Assembly: GCF_000400465.1 (NCBI RefSeq)
Contig: NW_008806282.1
Coordinates: 390,001 to 422,000 of the forward strand
Source: Wallemia ichthyophaga EXF-994
Lineage: Eukaryota > Fungi > Basidiomycota
Length of the DNA stretch: 32,000 nt
Direction of reading: 5' to 3'
Shown: in pieces, positions 19,772 to 31,300 of the stretch
How the letters are laid out: every line of letters starts with the position of its first letter
How positions within the stretch are numbered: position 1 is the stretch's first letter
Program-made: the position numbers and the translations under genes
The notes under the pieces: model-generated
The model's database searches: none
The model's input: only the letters and a program-made list of their open reading frames with translations
What the model was told of the DNA's origin: nothing

Positions 19772-20797
19772 ATGAACAACGCACCCACCAGCGACCACAA
19801 GCTGCGCGCCGTCGTACGCAAGTTGCCGCCAAACTTACCAGAGGACGTATTCTACTCGGCCGTCCAGGCGTGGGTGAACGGCGAGACCACAGCGCACTCC
19901 TACTACGCCAAAGGGAAACTGCGCGGGGCAGACTCGAGCAAAGAAAGCGTAGCATCGAGAGCATACATCACCTTCAACGAGCACACGCAGCTCCTCAACT
20001 TCCACGCAGCATTCGACGGACACACTTTCCGCGACAAGCAGGGACGCGAGAGCAAGGTGTCTGTCGAGTACGCCCCTTTCCAGAAAACACCGGCAGCGCG
20101 ACACAAAGTCGACGACAGACAGGGCACGATTGACCAAGACGGTGACTTCCTCTCGTTTCTCCAGTCCCTACAGGCCACACCGACTAAACCTGATTTCGAG
20201 GCTAATTGGATAGCGTCGCGAGCTGCTGAGAAACCTAAGACTACACCACTACTCCTTCACCTCGCACAGCGCAAGGAGAAGTCAAAGGCGAAGCGCGATA
20301 AGGCGCGTCAGAAGCAGCAGCGAAAGGCTGCCGAGAGAGGGGGTAGTGGCACTGGCGCTGGCGTTGGTGGCAGTAGTGGCAACGGTAGTAATGCACCACC
20401 TACCAAGTCTCCTGCTGACCCCTCCTCCTCAGCGTCGAAAACACCCGCTCAACCCAGAGGCAAGAAGACTAGGGGGGAAAAACGAGCAGCGAAGAAAGTA
20501 CGCGAGGGCATTTCGTCTCCAAGTACCCCGAAGAGTACTCCAGGCACTCCAGGCACTCCAAGTACCCCTCCTATCAAGATTCTCGCTCGTCCAGACGCGC
20601 CTGATAAGCCAGCCGTGGCACCTTCTGCCCCTCCTGCATCTGTCACTAACAGTAATAATAACTCTCACACTCAATCACCCACACTCGACGCTCCCAAAGG
20701 GCCAAGAGGCGGTAAGCCCCAGCGAGGTCGCCCTCCCCGCTCGCCGCGTGGTAGAGGCAGAGGTAGAGGTGGCAAGCAGGCAGCTACGCCGACGTGA
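19772..20797 (+). CDS. UPF3: Nonsense-mediated decay factor Upf3 (Smg4/UPF3 family)
   Basis: KLRAVVRKLPPNLPE, SRAYITF, FDGHTFRDKQG and VEYAPFQK motifs; basic, low-complexity, RGG-rich tail. Confidence 0.9.
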   Translation: MNNAPTSDHKLRAVVRKLPPNLPEDVFYSAVQAWVNGETTAHSYYAKGKLRGADSSKESVASRAYITFNEHTQLLNFHAAFDGHTFRDKQGRESKVSVEYAPFQKTPAARHKVDDRQGTIDQDGDFLSFLQSLQATPTKPDFEANWIASRAAEKPKTTPLLLHLAQRKEKSKAKRDKARQKQQRKAAERGGSGTGAGVGGSSGNGSNAPPTKSPADPSSSASKTPAQPRGKKTRGEKRAAKKVREGISSPSTPKSTPGTPGTPSTPPIKILARPDAPDKPAVAPSAPPASVTNSNNNSHTQSPTLDAPKGPRGGKPQRGRPPRSPRGRGRGRGGKQAATPT

Positions 20798-20977
20798 GGC
20801 ATGCAATGGATGTGATTAGTGATTGGTGATTGCTGGATGATTATGTTTAGATGAAAATTTGCAATATTGATACATTGATCTTTTCAAAAGTGGTTTGAGC
20901 TGGTTAGTTGGTGAGGTCAACTCAATGAACAGGCTGGTTGTGTGCAAATACTTCTACTGTCATTTGGAATATCGCGC

Positions 20978-20989
20978 AATGACGTCATT
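20978..20989. promoter_or_regulatory. Palindromic CRE-like site (aaTGACGTCAtt)
   Basis: Perfect 12-bp palindrome containing the ATF/CREB consensus, about 55 nt upstream of the MDR gene ATG. Confidence 0.5.
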
Positions 20990-21043
20990 CTGAATCGACT
21001 GACTAATCTAGCTGATGCGCCCCCTTGACACGCAACTACGAAG

Positions 21044-22224
21044 ATGACTGCCCTACCAATCCAAACCAAGAACGTTGTACTCGGCGACTCCTCTGCTAAG
21101 CCGGGTCTTTCTACGTGGTATGATATTCACATTGAGGATCGCACTATCAATCAAGTGAAGCCACACGAGGCTGTTCTTAAAGTAAACGCTGTGGGATTCA
21201 ACCACCGCGACAAATGGATCCGCAACGGCCTCTACCCGGAGACAGAAGGTGGTCAAACAATGGGATCGGATGCAGCTGGTGTGGTTATAGCCGATGGGGA
21301 AGGCGAGAAGAGTGCTCTAATCGGACAGCGCTACTTCATCAACCCATCCCGCGGCTGGTGAGTAGGATACACGCTGACTTGTCAAGCCTAATACACGCAG
21401 GTTCTCCAACAAGAAACACAGCGAGGAGCGCTTCATTCTGCCTGGCGGTTGCAAAGATGCAGACGGAGTGTTTGCGACGGCTGTGAAGGTCGACAAGAAA
21501 TACCTCATCCCAACTCCCGCCCACCTCACCGACGAGCAGGCAGCTGCTTGGCCATTGGCCGCCGTCACCGCGTGGAGGGCGACATTCGTCAAAGCTGAGG
21601 TCGAGAAAGGTGACAATGTCCTCATTACAGGTATTGGCGGTGGAGTTGCGTTGCAGGCCTTGCAATTCGCAGTCGCCAAGGGCGCAAACGCTTACGTCAC
21701 CTCGAGCTCCCCCGATAAGCTGACGAGAGCCGTGAAGGAATTCGGAGCGAAAGGCGGCGCTAATTACAAAGATGCAGATTGGCCAGCTCAGTTGAAAAAA
21801 CAGATGCCTGCTGAACACGCCTATCTCGACGCTGTTGTCGATTCCGCTGGTGGTGATATAGTCGCTAAAGTGGGTACGTCTTGGCGGTGATTAACTCGCA
21901 CTAACATCACTTGCTCAACAGGTCAACCCCATCCTCCAGCCTGGCTCGTCTATCGCCATCTACGGCATGGCTGCTAGCTCTCCCAAAACCACTATCACCA
22001 TGATGGACGTCATCAAGAACTTTAACCTCAAAGGCAGCACTATTGGAAGCTTGGATGAGCTCAAGCAGGCAACCGAGTTTATGTCAGCTCACAAACTCGT
22101 TCCAGTCGTCGACCACCCAGTCATCAACGGTCTCGAGAATGCTGAAGAGGGTTTCCAGAGACTCGCAAATGGCTCGCAAATGGGCAACGTCGTCATTAAT
22201 GTCGGTATGTCATCCAAGTTATAA
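21044..22224 (+). CDS. MDR-superfamily NAD(P)H oxidoreductase (quinone reductase-like) with C-terminal SKL
   Basis: GFNHRDKWIRNGLYP, MGSDAAGVV, AAAWPLAAVTAWRA, VLITGIGGGVA and GSTIGS motifs; introns at about 21358-21400 and 21871-21921; ends GMSSKL*. Confidence 0.88.
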
Positions 22225-22285
22225 ATGAATTGACTTGCAAACGCTGTATGGCAAATACAATATAAATACGAAAATATACATTATT

Positions 22286-23533
22286 TTACCGCTTGTACGG
22301 AGGGTGTGTGGGTATCTTCTTGTGCATCTTAGGTCCTAATGCTAGTAGGGAGTTTGAAGGTATAGCGGAGTGAGTGGGTTGTTTAAGTGTGTTGCGCGAT
22401 ATCGACAAAACCTTGGGACCTTTTTTAGGTCCTGATACTGGTCCCTGAGTAACGCCAGCCCCCGTAGCACGCTTCTTCACTGCGAATGAGGGTAAGGGTT
22501 CGTCGAGAGCGAGATCGACGTCGTCGTCGGGTGGTAGAATGAGCACGTCATCTGACTTGCGTTTGTTGGTGCGTTTCAATTTGTTTTGTGCAATGGGAGA
22601 TTCTACTTCTGCGTCGCTCGAATCGATGTGGATGGCTTTAGATGTGCAAGTGCTTGGTGTGACATTGTTTGAAGCGCTATCACTGCCACCTTTCTCACCC
22701 CCGTTACCCCTCTCATCTTTCTTTTTCTGCAATTTGTCGTATTTCCTCTTCCATTCCGTGATATTACTCTTGAATCTATTCTGTGCTGTCTCACTATCGC
22801 TGAGCAAACCACGTAGTCTGCTCTCATTTCTCTCCATCTGCGCCAGTCTATCATCCTTCATTGTGATATGTAAGCTGTGATCTTTCTTAACTTTGGCGTT
22901 ATCAGCCAGAGATTTCTCGTAGCTGTGGCGGAGGTGTACCTCCTCAGCGGAGATTCTAGCCAGCTGTTTAGTGTGATCGAGTTTAAGTTTCCCTATTTCC
23001 TTTTTCTTGTGTGCGTCGAATGTGGCTAGTAGATCACTAAGCGACGCTATCTTATCGTTCAACTCAGCTACCGTCCTGCTCTGATCAAGACGCTCATTCA
23101 AACCTCTAAGTTCTTTTGAGAGAATCCTGAGTAACTTTGCTGTATTTTCATCGTTTATATCGCATCCACTGACGATCTGCAGAATATCTTCGAATATCAC
23201 TCTTAGACTGCCTTGATCGCGTTTGAGAGTGAGTGAGTGGATCTTGCGTGATATATCCAAGAGCTTCTCCACTTTCACATCCCTGCTTTCATCGCTATCG
23301 CCGAGGTGGAGCTTTATGAGGTCGTGTTGGGTGTGAATGGCGTATCGACACGCTGGACAGTGTTTATTGGAGTGAGTGTGTTGCAACCACTTCTGTATGC
23401 ATATCAAGTGGAATACGTGTCCTGTTTTTGTCCTGTGAGCTTGTTCTGCCTACTATCATCGCTACTACACACCACATTTCACTGCTGCTGTTGTTCCACT
23501 TGATAAACTATCGAAGCATATTGAGCAGTCCAT
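22286..23533 (-). CDS. RING-H2 E3 ligase with long coiled coil, TRAIP-like
   Basis: After one intron: MDCSICFDSLSSGTTAAVKCGHVFHLICIQKWLQHTHSNKHCPACRYAIHTQHDLIKLHL, then a heptad-rich coiled coil and a basic disordered tail. Confidence 0.8.
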
Positions 23534-23688
23534 TAGTTGGTTGTTGTGAGCCGTTCGGCTGCTAATGACGTCGTCTGTTCAACCTTTGAACGGGAATGGA
23601 ATGCAGAATTTTCACTTTTATTTGTTGCTTTCACTTTTTACATTTGTGTTTATAGCAGCGTACATAATGTATTTAAACCTCTTTGTCG

Positions 23689-23749
23689 ACGCGTCTTTGT
23701 TATTTGGATCGAGTGAATGAAACGCGAGGTTGAGTTACGAAACGCGAAA
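23689..23749. promoter_or_regulatory. Cluster of MCB-like elements (ACGCGT and two ACGCGA)
   Basis: ACGCGT at 23689-23694, ACGCGA at 23722 and 23742; 155-215 nt upstream of the RING gene ATG. Confidence 0.55.
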
Positions 23750-24119
23750 TGGATCAATTGGCTGTGTGGATTCTTTGCCCATAACGCCCTCACCCCCAAT
23801 TACTTGAAATGCCTCGCAGCTTTCCAACAACAGGACAAAGCAGCAAAACGCGAAAATAATCTATTTAGAGCGCTTGATAGGGGTGCATGGAGTGGCAAAT
23901 CATGCTCATGCGCACACATACGTACTCATAACGCCCAATATATCCAAACACGAATTAGGTCAGTTGAGTGCATCGCACATATCGACCAATATCCTCATCA
24001 CACCAAACAAACAACGCAGTACACACACACACACCACAGCTGACCTCCATTGCCCTATGCACCGCGTCAAACGAGTCGAAGAAATGGAACATGAGACATT
24101 CGACATGAAACATGCATAA
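23717..24119 (+). CDS. Possible small spliced His-rich hypothetical protein
   Basis: An open frame (KIIYLERLIGVHGVANHAHAHTYVLITPNISKHEL) is followed by a GTCAGT...CACAG intron and a terminal exon ending KHA*, then AATAAA. The start is unresolved. Confidence 0.25.
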
Positions 24120-24196
24120 AATAAATTGCTTTTAACTTGATTTAGTTAGTTGATTTTGGTCACTTGAGTTACCGCCTTAACACCACATCAACCCAC

Positions 24197-25412
24197 TTAA
24201 TTCAACACACGTGCCAACTTTTGCACGGAATTGAGGAGGTTATCGCCCCCAGCTACGACACCTTGATAGCTACCCACACGGGCATCTTTGCGACTGCTGA
24301 CGACAACATTGGCCACGCTATCGAGTGTGCAGTTGAGACGACCGGCCGGGATAAGAGAGGAGAATTCCTTGTGAACGAAAGCGTCACTCACGCCGAAAGT
24401 GTTAGCGAGGTGAGAGATGTTGAGTGATTTGTACGACTCCAGTAATTGTCCATAAGCTCTAATACGTATTTCGCGCGAGTAGAACCGCGCATGACCACTC
24501 CAGTACCGAGAAGGAAGAAGATAGGTCTCCTCAACCCCCGCAAGCGATTTGAAGAGAAGGGCGTAGTTGCAATCGTATAAACTGTTAGCGAGATTCTTAA
24601 TCAAGGCGTTGTTGTGCATCAATCCAACTACCTCCGGACTCTCTATAATGCGCTGCTTTAATTGCACTCTGTCCAATGTAAGGAGGGATACTATGACGGT
24701 GTAGATGATAAATTCGTCATACTCGAGAAGCTCGTAAGAGGTGAAAGTGGAGAGAGTATCGAGGAATTGAGTGGTGGCTTTGTGGAAATCGCGCACCATG
24801 AGCGCATAAAGACCAACGTAGACTTTAAGACGATTACGTCTATCCCAGTCACCGCCTTGGTCAACGAGGGTTTGAGCAGCGGCGATGTGCTGGGTGATCA
24901 GACGGTGATCGTTGGTGAAAAGCCCCAGTCTGATAAGAAGCAGATTAAGATCAATCTTGTGACCGATACCGGCTGTTTTGTTGATTGCCTCGGTGATGGC
25001 TGGAATGGAAGCTGGTTTATCGCCAATACGCACGTAATGAACAGCGAGCTTGCGGAGGTTATCGCTGATTTCAGACTCGCCTTCTTCAGCTTGAGCTTTG
25101 GTGATAGCGTGGTGAATTTCATCGACTGTGCTTTGGTTGCGTGGCTGGTGGGTGCTTACGAGTGCGTCTTTCTCGCTCTGTGGGAGGATGGAGGATGGGA
25201 GAGAGGCAGCAAAAGGGGCCATTTCTGGGAGTTCGAGTGAGTATTGTGAATAAGCCACAGGAAATCAACTCACCGTCCCTATTTATCGCCTCAATCAGCG
25301 TCTTACGCGTAGAGTCATGGATATGGGCTAGAGATGGCTGCTGAAGTACAAATACACACTGCGCAAGCGCCAGATTTGGTATCGCAGGTACAGCGTCGTT
25401 ATCTAAAGACAT
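24197..25412 (-). CDS. RPN7: 26S proteasome lid subunit Rpn7 (PCI domain)
   Basis: PAIPNLAL, |EMAPF, GGDWDRRNRLKVY, FLDTLSTFTSYEL and YSREIRIRAYGQLLESYKSL motifs; one intron near 25225-25273. Confidence 0.96.
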
Positions 25413-25539
25413 GATGGGTGATGACGATGGGGAATTGGTTGTAAGGTGTGTCATGGCAGGGAACATATAAATTCCTTTAAAACCTTTGAAAACACTTAAA
25501 AACACCTGAAATACATTTTATCAAATACAAATACATCCC

Positions 25540-26809
25540 TTACCCACTCGATCCATCCAATGAAATTTTCTCATTCTTAGCATGTGTATCACTAAGGACA
25601 TCACTGTCTCCACCGACATCGCACAACGTCAGCGTTGCTCTTTCACCTATCTTGACCCTCGTACAGACGATACAGTTGTCCAACTTTGCGCCATCTCTGA
25701 TTACCACGTTATCCGCGATGATACTGCCGATAATCTTACACCCCTTCCCAATAACGACATTGTTGCCAATAATGCTCATCTTGATTAAAGACTTTTCACC
25801 AATTTTAACGTTGTCTGCGGTAATCACACTTTTTGCTGGCTTTTGCGTACGAAGAATCTCTCTATTCAGTTCAGCATAGGTACCGAGAGTATTTGCGCGA
25901 GCTATTAAGCCATCGTTGGGATTGTGGATGAAATACTGCACGCGTAGGCGATGTTCTGGGGAATTTGAACAAGACTGAGTTGTGGAGTGAGTGAGTGCAT
26001 CGATAAATGGGTCCTGTGCAAGATGAAGGAGATGTGACCACTTATCACCTAGGCCTTTCTGATAGCTCCACTTGCAGAGCCATGGAAGCAGATCTTCTCT
26101 GATACTCGATATCTGTGGTCTCTGTATGAGTAAATCTAAGACACCCTTCCTTACAATGTAAACGTGAGCATCGAGGAGTTTAGTGGAGAGAGACAGATTA
26201 GGGAACTCCCAGAGCAATCTAGTCTTCAAATCGACACCATCTAAAGAGTCACTTGGTGGAATTAGTAGTGTGTTTGAAGATTTGTCGTGGATACAGGTGA
26301 AAGGAGCAGGACCTTCACGAGTACCGTAATCCAAGTGGTTATAGTATAACAAACAAGTGATTAGAGTGTTGTAATGAGATGTTTTGTGTTGTTGTAAAAG
26401 AGAAGACAGAGGTAAAGAGGGTGGAGGAATGATATCGCAAGGGAGAATGATGAAATCGGAGTTTATGAGGTGAGCAAAGTGCCTTAACCAATCAGCAGTC
26501 TCCCAGTTGACGCAGGTGTCGTCGTCTACGGAGTTGTAGTGGACAGAATGCGATTTGAGAAGAGGAGTGAGTTGATTAGAGAAAGAAGCCGGCGAAAGGA
26601 CAAGGAGATCGTTGAGCTGTGACTGATGGCACCATTCAATCACGTAGCTTATAACTGCTTTGTTTCCAACGCTAACGACGGGCTTTGGGGTTGATTCAGT
26701 GAGAGGGAAGAGTCTGGAGTGGCTGATTAGAATGTTAATAGCCACTCTAATTCACCACCCACTTCTGCCCAAATCCACACACAATAATCCCCTTGAATTG
26801 ATTTGACAT
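25540..26809 (-). CDS. GCD1: Translation initiation factor eIF2B gamma subunit
   Basis: Exon 1 is MSNQFKGIIVCGFGQ, followed by LFPLTESTPKPVVSVGNK (nucleotidyltransferase-like), KLLDAHVYI, SIREDLLPWL and a C-terminal left-handed beta-helix (IGEKSLIKMSIIGNNVVIG). Exon 2 has no early in-frame ATG. Confidence 0.87.
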
Positions 26810-26821
26810 TTTTCTTGTTTC

Positions 26822-26835
26822 TTCTAACGTTAGAA
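26822..26835. promoter_or_regulatory. Perfect 14-bp palindrome (ttctaacgttagaa) in the 25-nt gap between divergent start codons
   Basis: Self-complementary by inspection; a regulatory role is inferred only. Confidence 0.4.
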
Positions 26836-29582
26836 TGCAACAGCCAGGATTAAAATTATCGTGAGTTTGTTTATTATTTACTGACAACGACGCTTATAAA
26901 TTTGTAGCTTCTCCCCTTCAAAAACATTCAAACCCATCCACACCCAGGGTTCTGTTGATGTTAGTAGCGATGGCTGTTATCTGGCCACTACGCTAAACAC
27001 GCAGGCTATTGTTTATAACCTCAGCACTAGTAATCTGATAGCAAAATCTAATTCTGATGGAAATCACATTTCTACTCTCTGCTGGGCGGGTCAATTGCTT
27101 ATAACGACTACAACCAACGCAATCACTATCCACTCACTGCACAACAACTCACTTTCACCCACTCGCATCATCAACAAACCCCACGACTCCCCTATCCTCG
27201 TCTCCTCCGTTGAATCCTCCTCCAACGCCTTCCTCGCTACTGGCTCTGCAGACGGCGTCGTTAAGGTTTGGGATATCCACAGAGGCTACACCACCCACAT
27301 CTTCAAAGGCCACGCTGGTCCTGTCTCTGCTCTCTGCTGGCGTCGTCAAGGCTCTTCTTTCCAGCTCATCACGGGCTCTACAGACACGCACATACGAATC
27401 TGGGATTTGAACCACCCAAACCACAACAAACCAAAGCACATTCTACAAGGCCATGTTTCTATTGTCCGTGGTTTGTCTCTCCTCGACAACAACACCCTTC
27501 TCTCCGGCGCTAGAGACCGCGTTGTACTCAAATGGGACATTTCATCCACACCCAAGCTAATGCGCACCTTCCCCACACTCAACGCCATTGAAGCCGTAGG
27601 TGTATTCCCCTCAAAAGACGCCTTCTTCACTGCTGGTGAGGCTGGTTTAAAGTCGTATAATGTTGTCTCAGGCGAGCAGCAGCACGACTACGGTGGCGGA
27701 GTAGTCAAGTCGACACGAGTCGACAGCAACGACGATGACGATGATGGTACTGGTGGGCTAGCTACTGCGCACCTGGTCAATATACAATCAACCCCGCACA
27801 TCATGTCGGTGGGGCACGACCAGCTAATCTCCTTCCACCCCCTTTCTTCCACTCCAGCTCCCCCTAGACACATCATTGGCTATCCCGACCAGATTATTGC
27901 CGCCGTCTATGTCTCCCCCACCGACATCGCCATCGCGACCAACGCGCCGCAGATCTTCATCCTCAACAAACACACTCTCCCGTACACGCAGCAGATTCTT
28001 ACCGGACACACAGACACAGTCCTTAGCTTAAAGGCGCTGCCGCAGCGTGGATTGCTCGTTAGTGGGAGCAAAGACGGCAGTGTGCGCGTATGGAAGAGGT
28101 ATGCTGCCCAATTCCACTGTGTAGCTATAGCGAGTGGACACGGGGAATCGGTGGGTGCAGTGGCCATATCGCCCTGTGCGCGCTACCTGATCTCCGCAAC
28201 GCAAGACCGAATCATCAAGCTGTGGGATCTGAGTGTGTTAGGTGGGGTAGTAGATGAGGTTAAGGAAGATGAGGGTGATAGTGCTGCGCCAACTTCAACA
28301 ACCAACCCACATCTCCTCTCCTCATACACCACGCAGCGGATCCACGAGAAAGACATCAACGCACTCGATATCTCCCCCGACAGTCGCTATCTTGCAACAG
28401 GATCCCAAGACCGTACAGCGAAATTGTTTGAGGTGACATTCGACCCGAGAGGGCAACGCGCGAGTGTGAATCTACGCGCTACACTCAAGGCACATAAGCG
28501 CGGTGTATGGGGGGTGCGATTTTCGCCCTATGACCGCCTTTTTGCTACTGCGGGCGGTGATCGCGCCGTTAAGGTTTGGTCACTACGCGATTTCTCCTGC
28601 ATCAAGACACTTGAAGGACACACTAACAGTGTCTTGGATTTGGCCTTCTTGAGTAACGGCCAACAGATGCTCACTGCTGCCGCTGACGGCTTGCTTAAAC
28701 TGTGGAACCTCCACACAGAGCAGTGTGTAGCGACGCTCGATGGACATGAGGATAAGGTGGGTGGGGTTGTGTAAAGCGGGTGATGTTATCACTCTCAGTC
28801 TCACTGTAAACTCACACTCACTTCAGGTTTGGGCACTCGACATCAGCCCCGATTCGACAGAGTGCGTATCGGGTGGGGGTGACAGTTTGCTGACTTTCTG
28901 GGACGACGCCACGGAGACAGTCGAGGAAAGCCACGCGGCCGAGCGCGAAGAGGGTGTAATTCAGACGGAGACACTTGCCAACCTTGTCGCTGTGAAGGAC
29001 TACCAGAAAGCCATCTCACTCGCTATCAGCATGGACCAGCCGCGCAGGTTGTATCAGCTTTTCGAGACAGTGTGGCGGGAGGTAGGAGCGCGTGGCGAAA
29101 CGAAAAATAGCTCCACTCTCGGCAGCAGCGTTGACGGCGCAGTGGGCGCACTTGACGCACACGACCTTCGCAGACTACTGCTGCATGTGCGCACATGGAA
29201 CGCTCACAATCGCTCATCTGCCGTTGCACAGGTGGTGTTGCACGTCGTGCTTAGGACGCACTCGGGTGCGGATATTCGCACGGCTTTTGACGTCGCAAGG
29301 AAGGAGGATGAGCAAAAGGGCCGCGATCCAGGGTACGATGCAGCTGGCGAGTTTGTCCCTCATACCGTTCCTACTACCCTCGGCGGCGAGAAGAAGGCGG
29401 CTGAGGAACACGCATCGCTCAAGGAGATCATCGAGGGCCTCCTCCCCTACACTCAGAGACACCTCTCTCGCGCTGACAAACTCGTCACTGAGAGCTACGT
29501 CGTCGATTTCATTCTGCAGGAAATGGATGATGGGTTGGGGGATGTTGCGGATGTGGATGTGGGTGAGATGGATGTGGATTAG
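26835..29582 (+). CDS. UTP13: U3 snoRNP/SSU processome WD40 protein Utp13 (TBL3)
   Basis: N-terminal LKLS|FSPSKTFKPIHTQGSV, multiple WD repeats (LATGSADGVVKVWD, HEKDINALDISPD, HKRGVWGVRFS) and a C-terminal Utp13 domain (LLPYTQRHLSRADKLVTESYVVDFILQEMD); introns near 26861-26908 and 28759-28827. Confidence 0.93.
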
Positions 29583-29879
29583 TCAGACATTACATTGGAA
29601 TGGTTATATAGATATATTTATTGCACATATCAAGTTTAAAGGGTATAATTCTTCATTACAATTGCTGCTACACGCGTGTTTTTTTTTTCTTTTTTTCTCA
29701 AATTGTACATCAAGAGAAGGCTTATACCAAGAAGAAAAATGCTATATCTTCACCTCAGACAATCCGAGTAGATGGAATTCGAATTGCAAGTGTAAAAGTC
29801 TGATTTAAAAGGAATATCATTTATTTAAGGTACAATGTTGATGCAGTTGGTTCTACAAATACAGGTGATGGGTGATAGC

Positions 29880-30302
29880 TTAAAGGTCTTGCGAGTCGAT
29901 GCCCTCGCCCTTCTTGGTCTTGGATGGGAGGAGTTCCGTGTGGATGTTTGGAATAACACCGCCTTGTGAGATGGTTACATGGCCAAGGAGCTTGTTGAGC
30001 TCATCGTCGTTTCTGATGGCCAATTGCAAGTGACGAGGGATGATACGCGATTTCTTGTTGTCGCGTGCAGCGTTACCAGCCAACTCGAGGATTTCTGCAG
30101 CGAGGTATTCCAACACAGCAGCCAAGTAGACAGGGGCACCAGCACCGATACGTTGGGCGTAGTTGCCATTCTTCAAGTGTCTGTGGATACGTCCGACTGG
30201 GAATTGGAGACCGGCCTTTGAGGAACGGGAGCGACCTCCGTCGATTGCGCCTGCCTTGCCGCCAGATTTACCGCCAGATTTGCCGCCGACTTGTTGAGAC
30301 AT
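29880..30302 (-). CDS. HTA1: Histone H2A with C-terminal SQDL (gamma-H2A-type motif)
   Basis: [17 protein letters not shown]...[26 protein letters not shown]; intronless; true ATG at 30302. Confidence 0.98.
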   Translation of the reverse strand: MSQQVGGKSGGKSGGKAGAIDGGRSRSSKAGLQFPVGRIHRHLKNGNYAQRIGAGAPVYLAAVLEYLAAEILELAGNAARDNKKSRIIPRHLQLAIRNDDELNKLLGHVTISQGGVIPNIHTELLPSKTKKGEGIDSQDL

Positions 30303-30350
30303 GTTTTGATTTAATAAGTTGAGTGTCGAGAGAAGAAGGGAGCTGTTGCA

Positions 30351-30628
30351 GTATTTATACTCCACCGAGGAAATCAAAATCGACACGCGCTTCTGATTTT
30401 GGAAATTGATGGTTTGATCTAGAGTGGGTAGCAGGTGGAGGAGTGCGCGTAAAACTCTGAAAAGCACATGAAAAAAATCCTCATAAATCTGGCTAAATTT
30501 TGGTGTGCTTTTTACCCACTGTTACCCCCTTGATCACGGAGATCACTCAACATCAGGCCGGATTTAGAATTGACAAGAATGTTGAATCGCGTGACGTGAA
30601 CAGTTTGGGCTTTGTATAAAATACGCGT
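30351..30628. promoter_or_regulatory. Bidirectional H2A/H2B promoter with TATA boxes and four ACGCG cores
   Basis: TATAAATA on the minus strand at about 30352-30359; TATAAAA on the plus strand at about 30615-30621; ACGCG/CGCGT at 30385, 30446, 30588 and 30623 (ACGCGT). Confidence 0.6.
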
Positions 30629-30675
30629 TGACAATCCTGGTTAAATCCATCAACCATCTCATTTAATCCATAAAA

Positions 30676-31107
30676 ATGGCACCAAAATCAGCAGAAAAGA
30701 AGCCCGTCTCCACCGCTGGTAAAGCCCCAGCCTCTGCCACCAAGCAACCTCAAGAGGGTGGTAAGAAGACAGCTAAGGCTCCAAAGGCCGACGGGGGCGA
30801 CAAGAAAAAGTCGAACAAGTCCCGCAAGGAAACATACTCGTCGTATATCTACAAGGTCCTTAAGCAAGTCCACCCAGACACTGGTATTTCCAACAAAGCC
30901 ATGAGTGTCCTCAACTCGTTTGTCAACGACCTCTTCGAAAGAGTTGCTTCGGAAGCCTCCAAGCTCGCATCCTACAACAAGAAGTCTACCATCTCATCCA
31001 GAGAAATCCAAACCTCTGTCCGTCTTATCCTCCCTGGTGAACTTTCAAAGCACGCCATCTCCGAAGGTACCAAGTCCGTTACCAAGTTCTCCTCATCCAA
31101 GGCTTAA
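30676..31107 (+). CDS. HTB1: Histone H2B
   Basis: [27 protein letters not shown]...[19 protein letters not shown]; intronless; divergent from H2A. Confidence 0.98.
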   Translation: MAPKSAEKKPVSTAGKAPASATKQPQEGGKKTAKAPKADGGDKKKSNKSRKETYSSYIYKVLKQVHPDTGISNKAMSVLNSFVNDLFERVASEASKLASYNKKSTISSREIQTSVRLILPGELSKHAISEGTKSVTKFSSSKA

Positions 31108-31300
31108 GCGTCTTGTACACTTTTTGTATTTATAAATTGTATTCACTTATTGCTCTTACGCTATTGAACATGTTATTGTGAGACAATTAATGTCATTGGT
31201 AGAATTGGCATAGGTGACGGAATAGACTATTCAGCGTCCTTGTTGGTTTAAATAAGCATTCCCTTGATGTATTCAACCCTCAGTCAACTTGATTCAATCT

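Noticed and set aside
30303-30467. 55-aa N-terminal extension of H2A in the ORF track
   Set aside because: It spans the TATA box and promoter; the histone sequence begins at ATG 30302.
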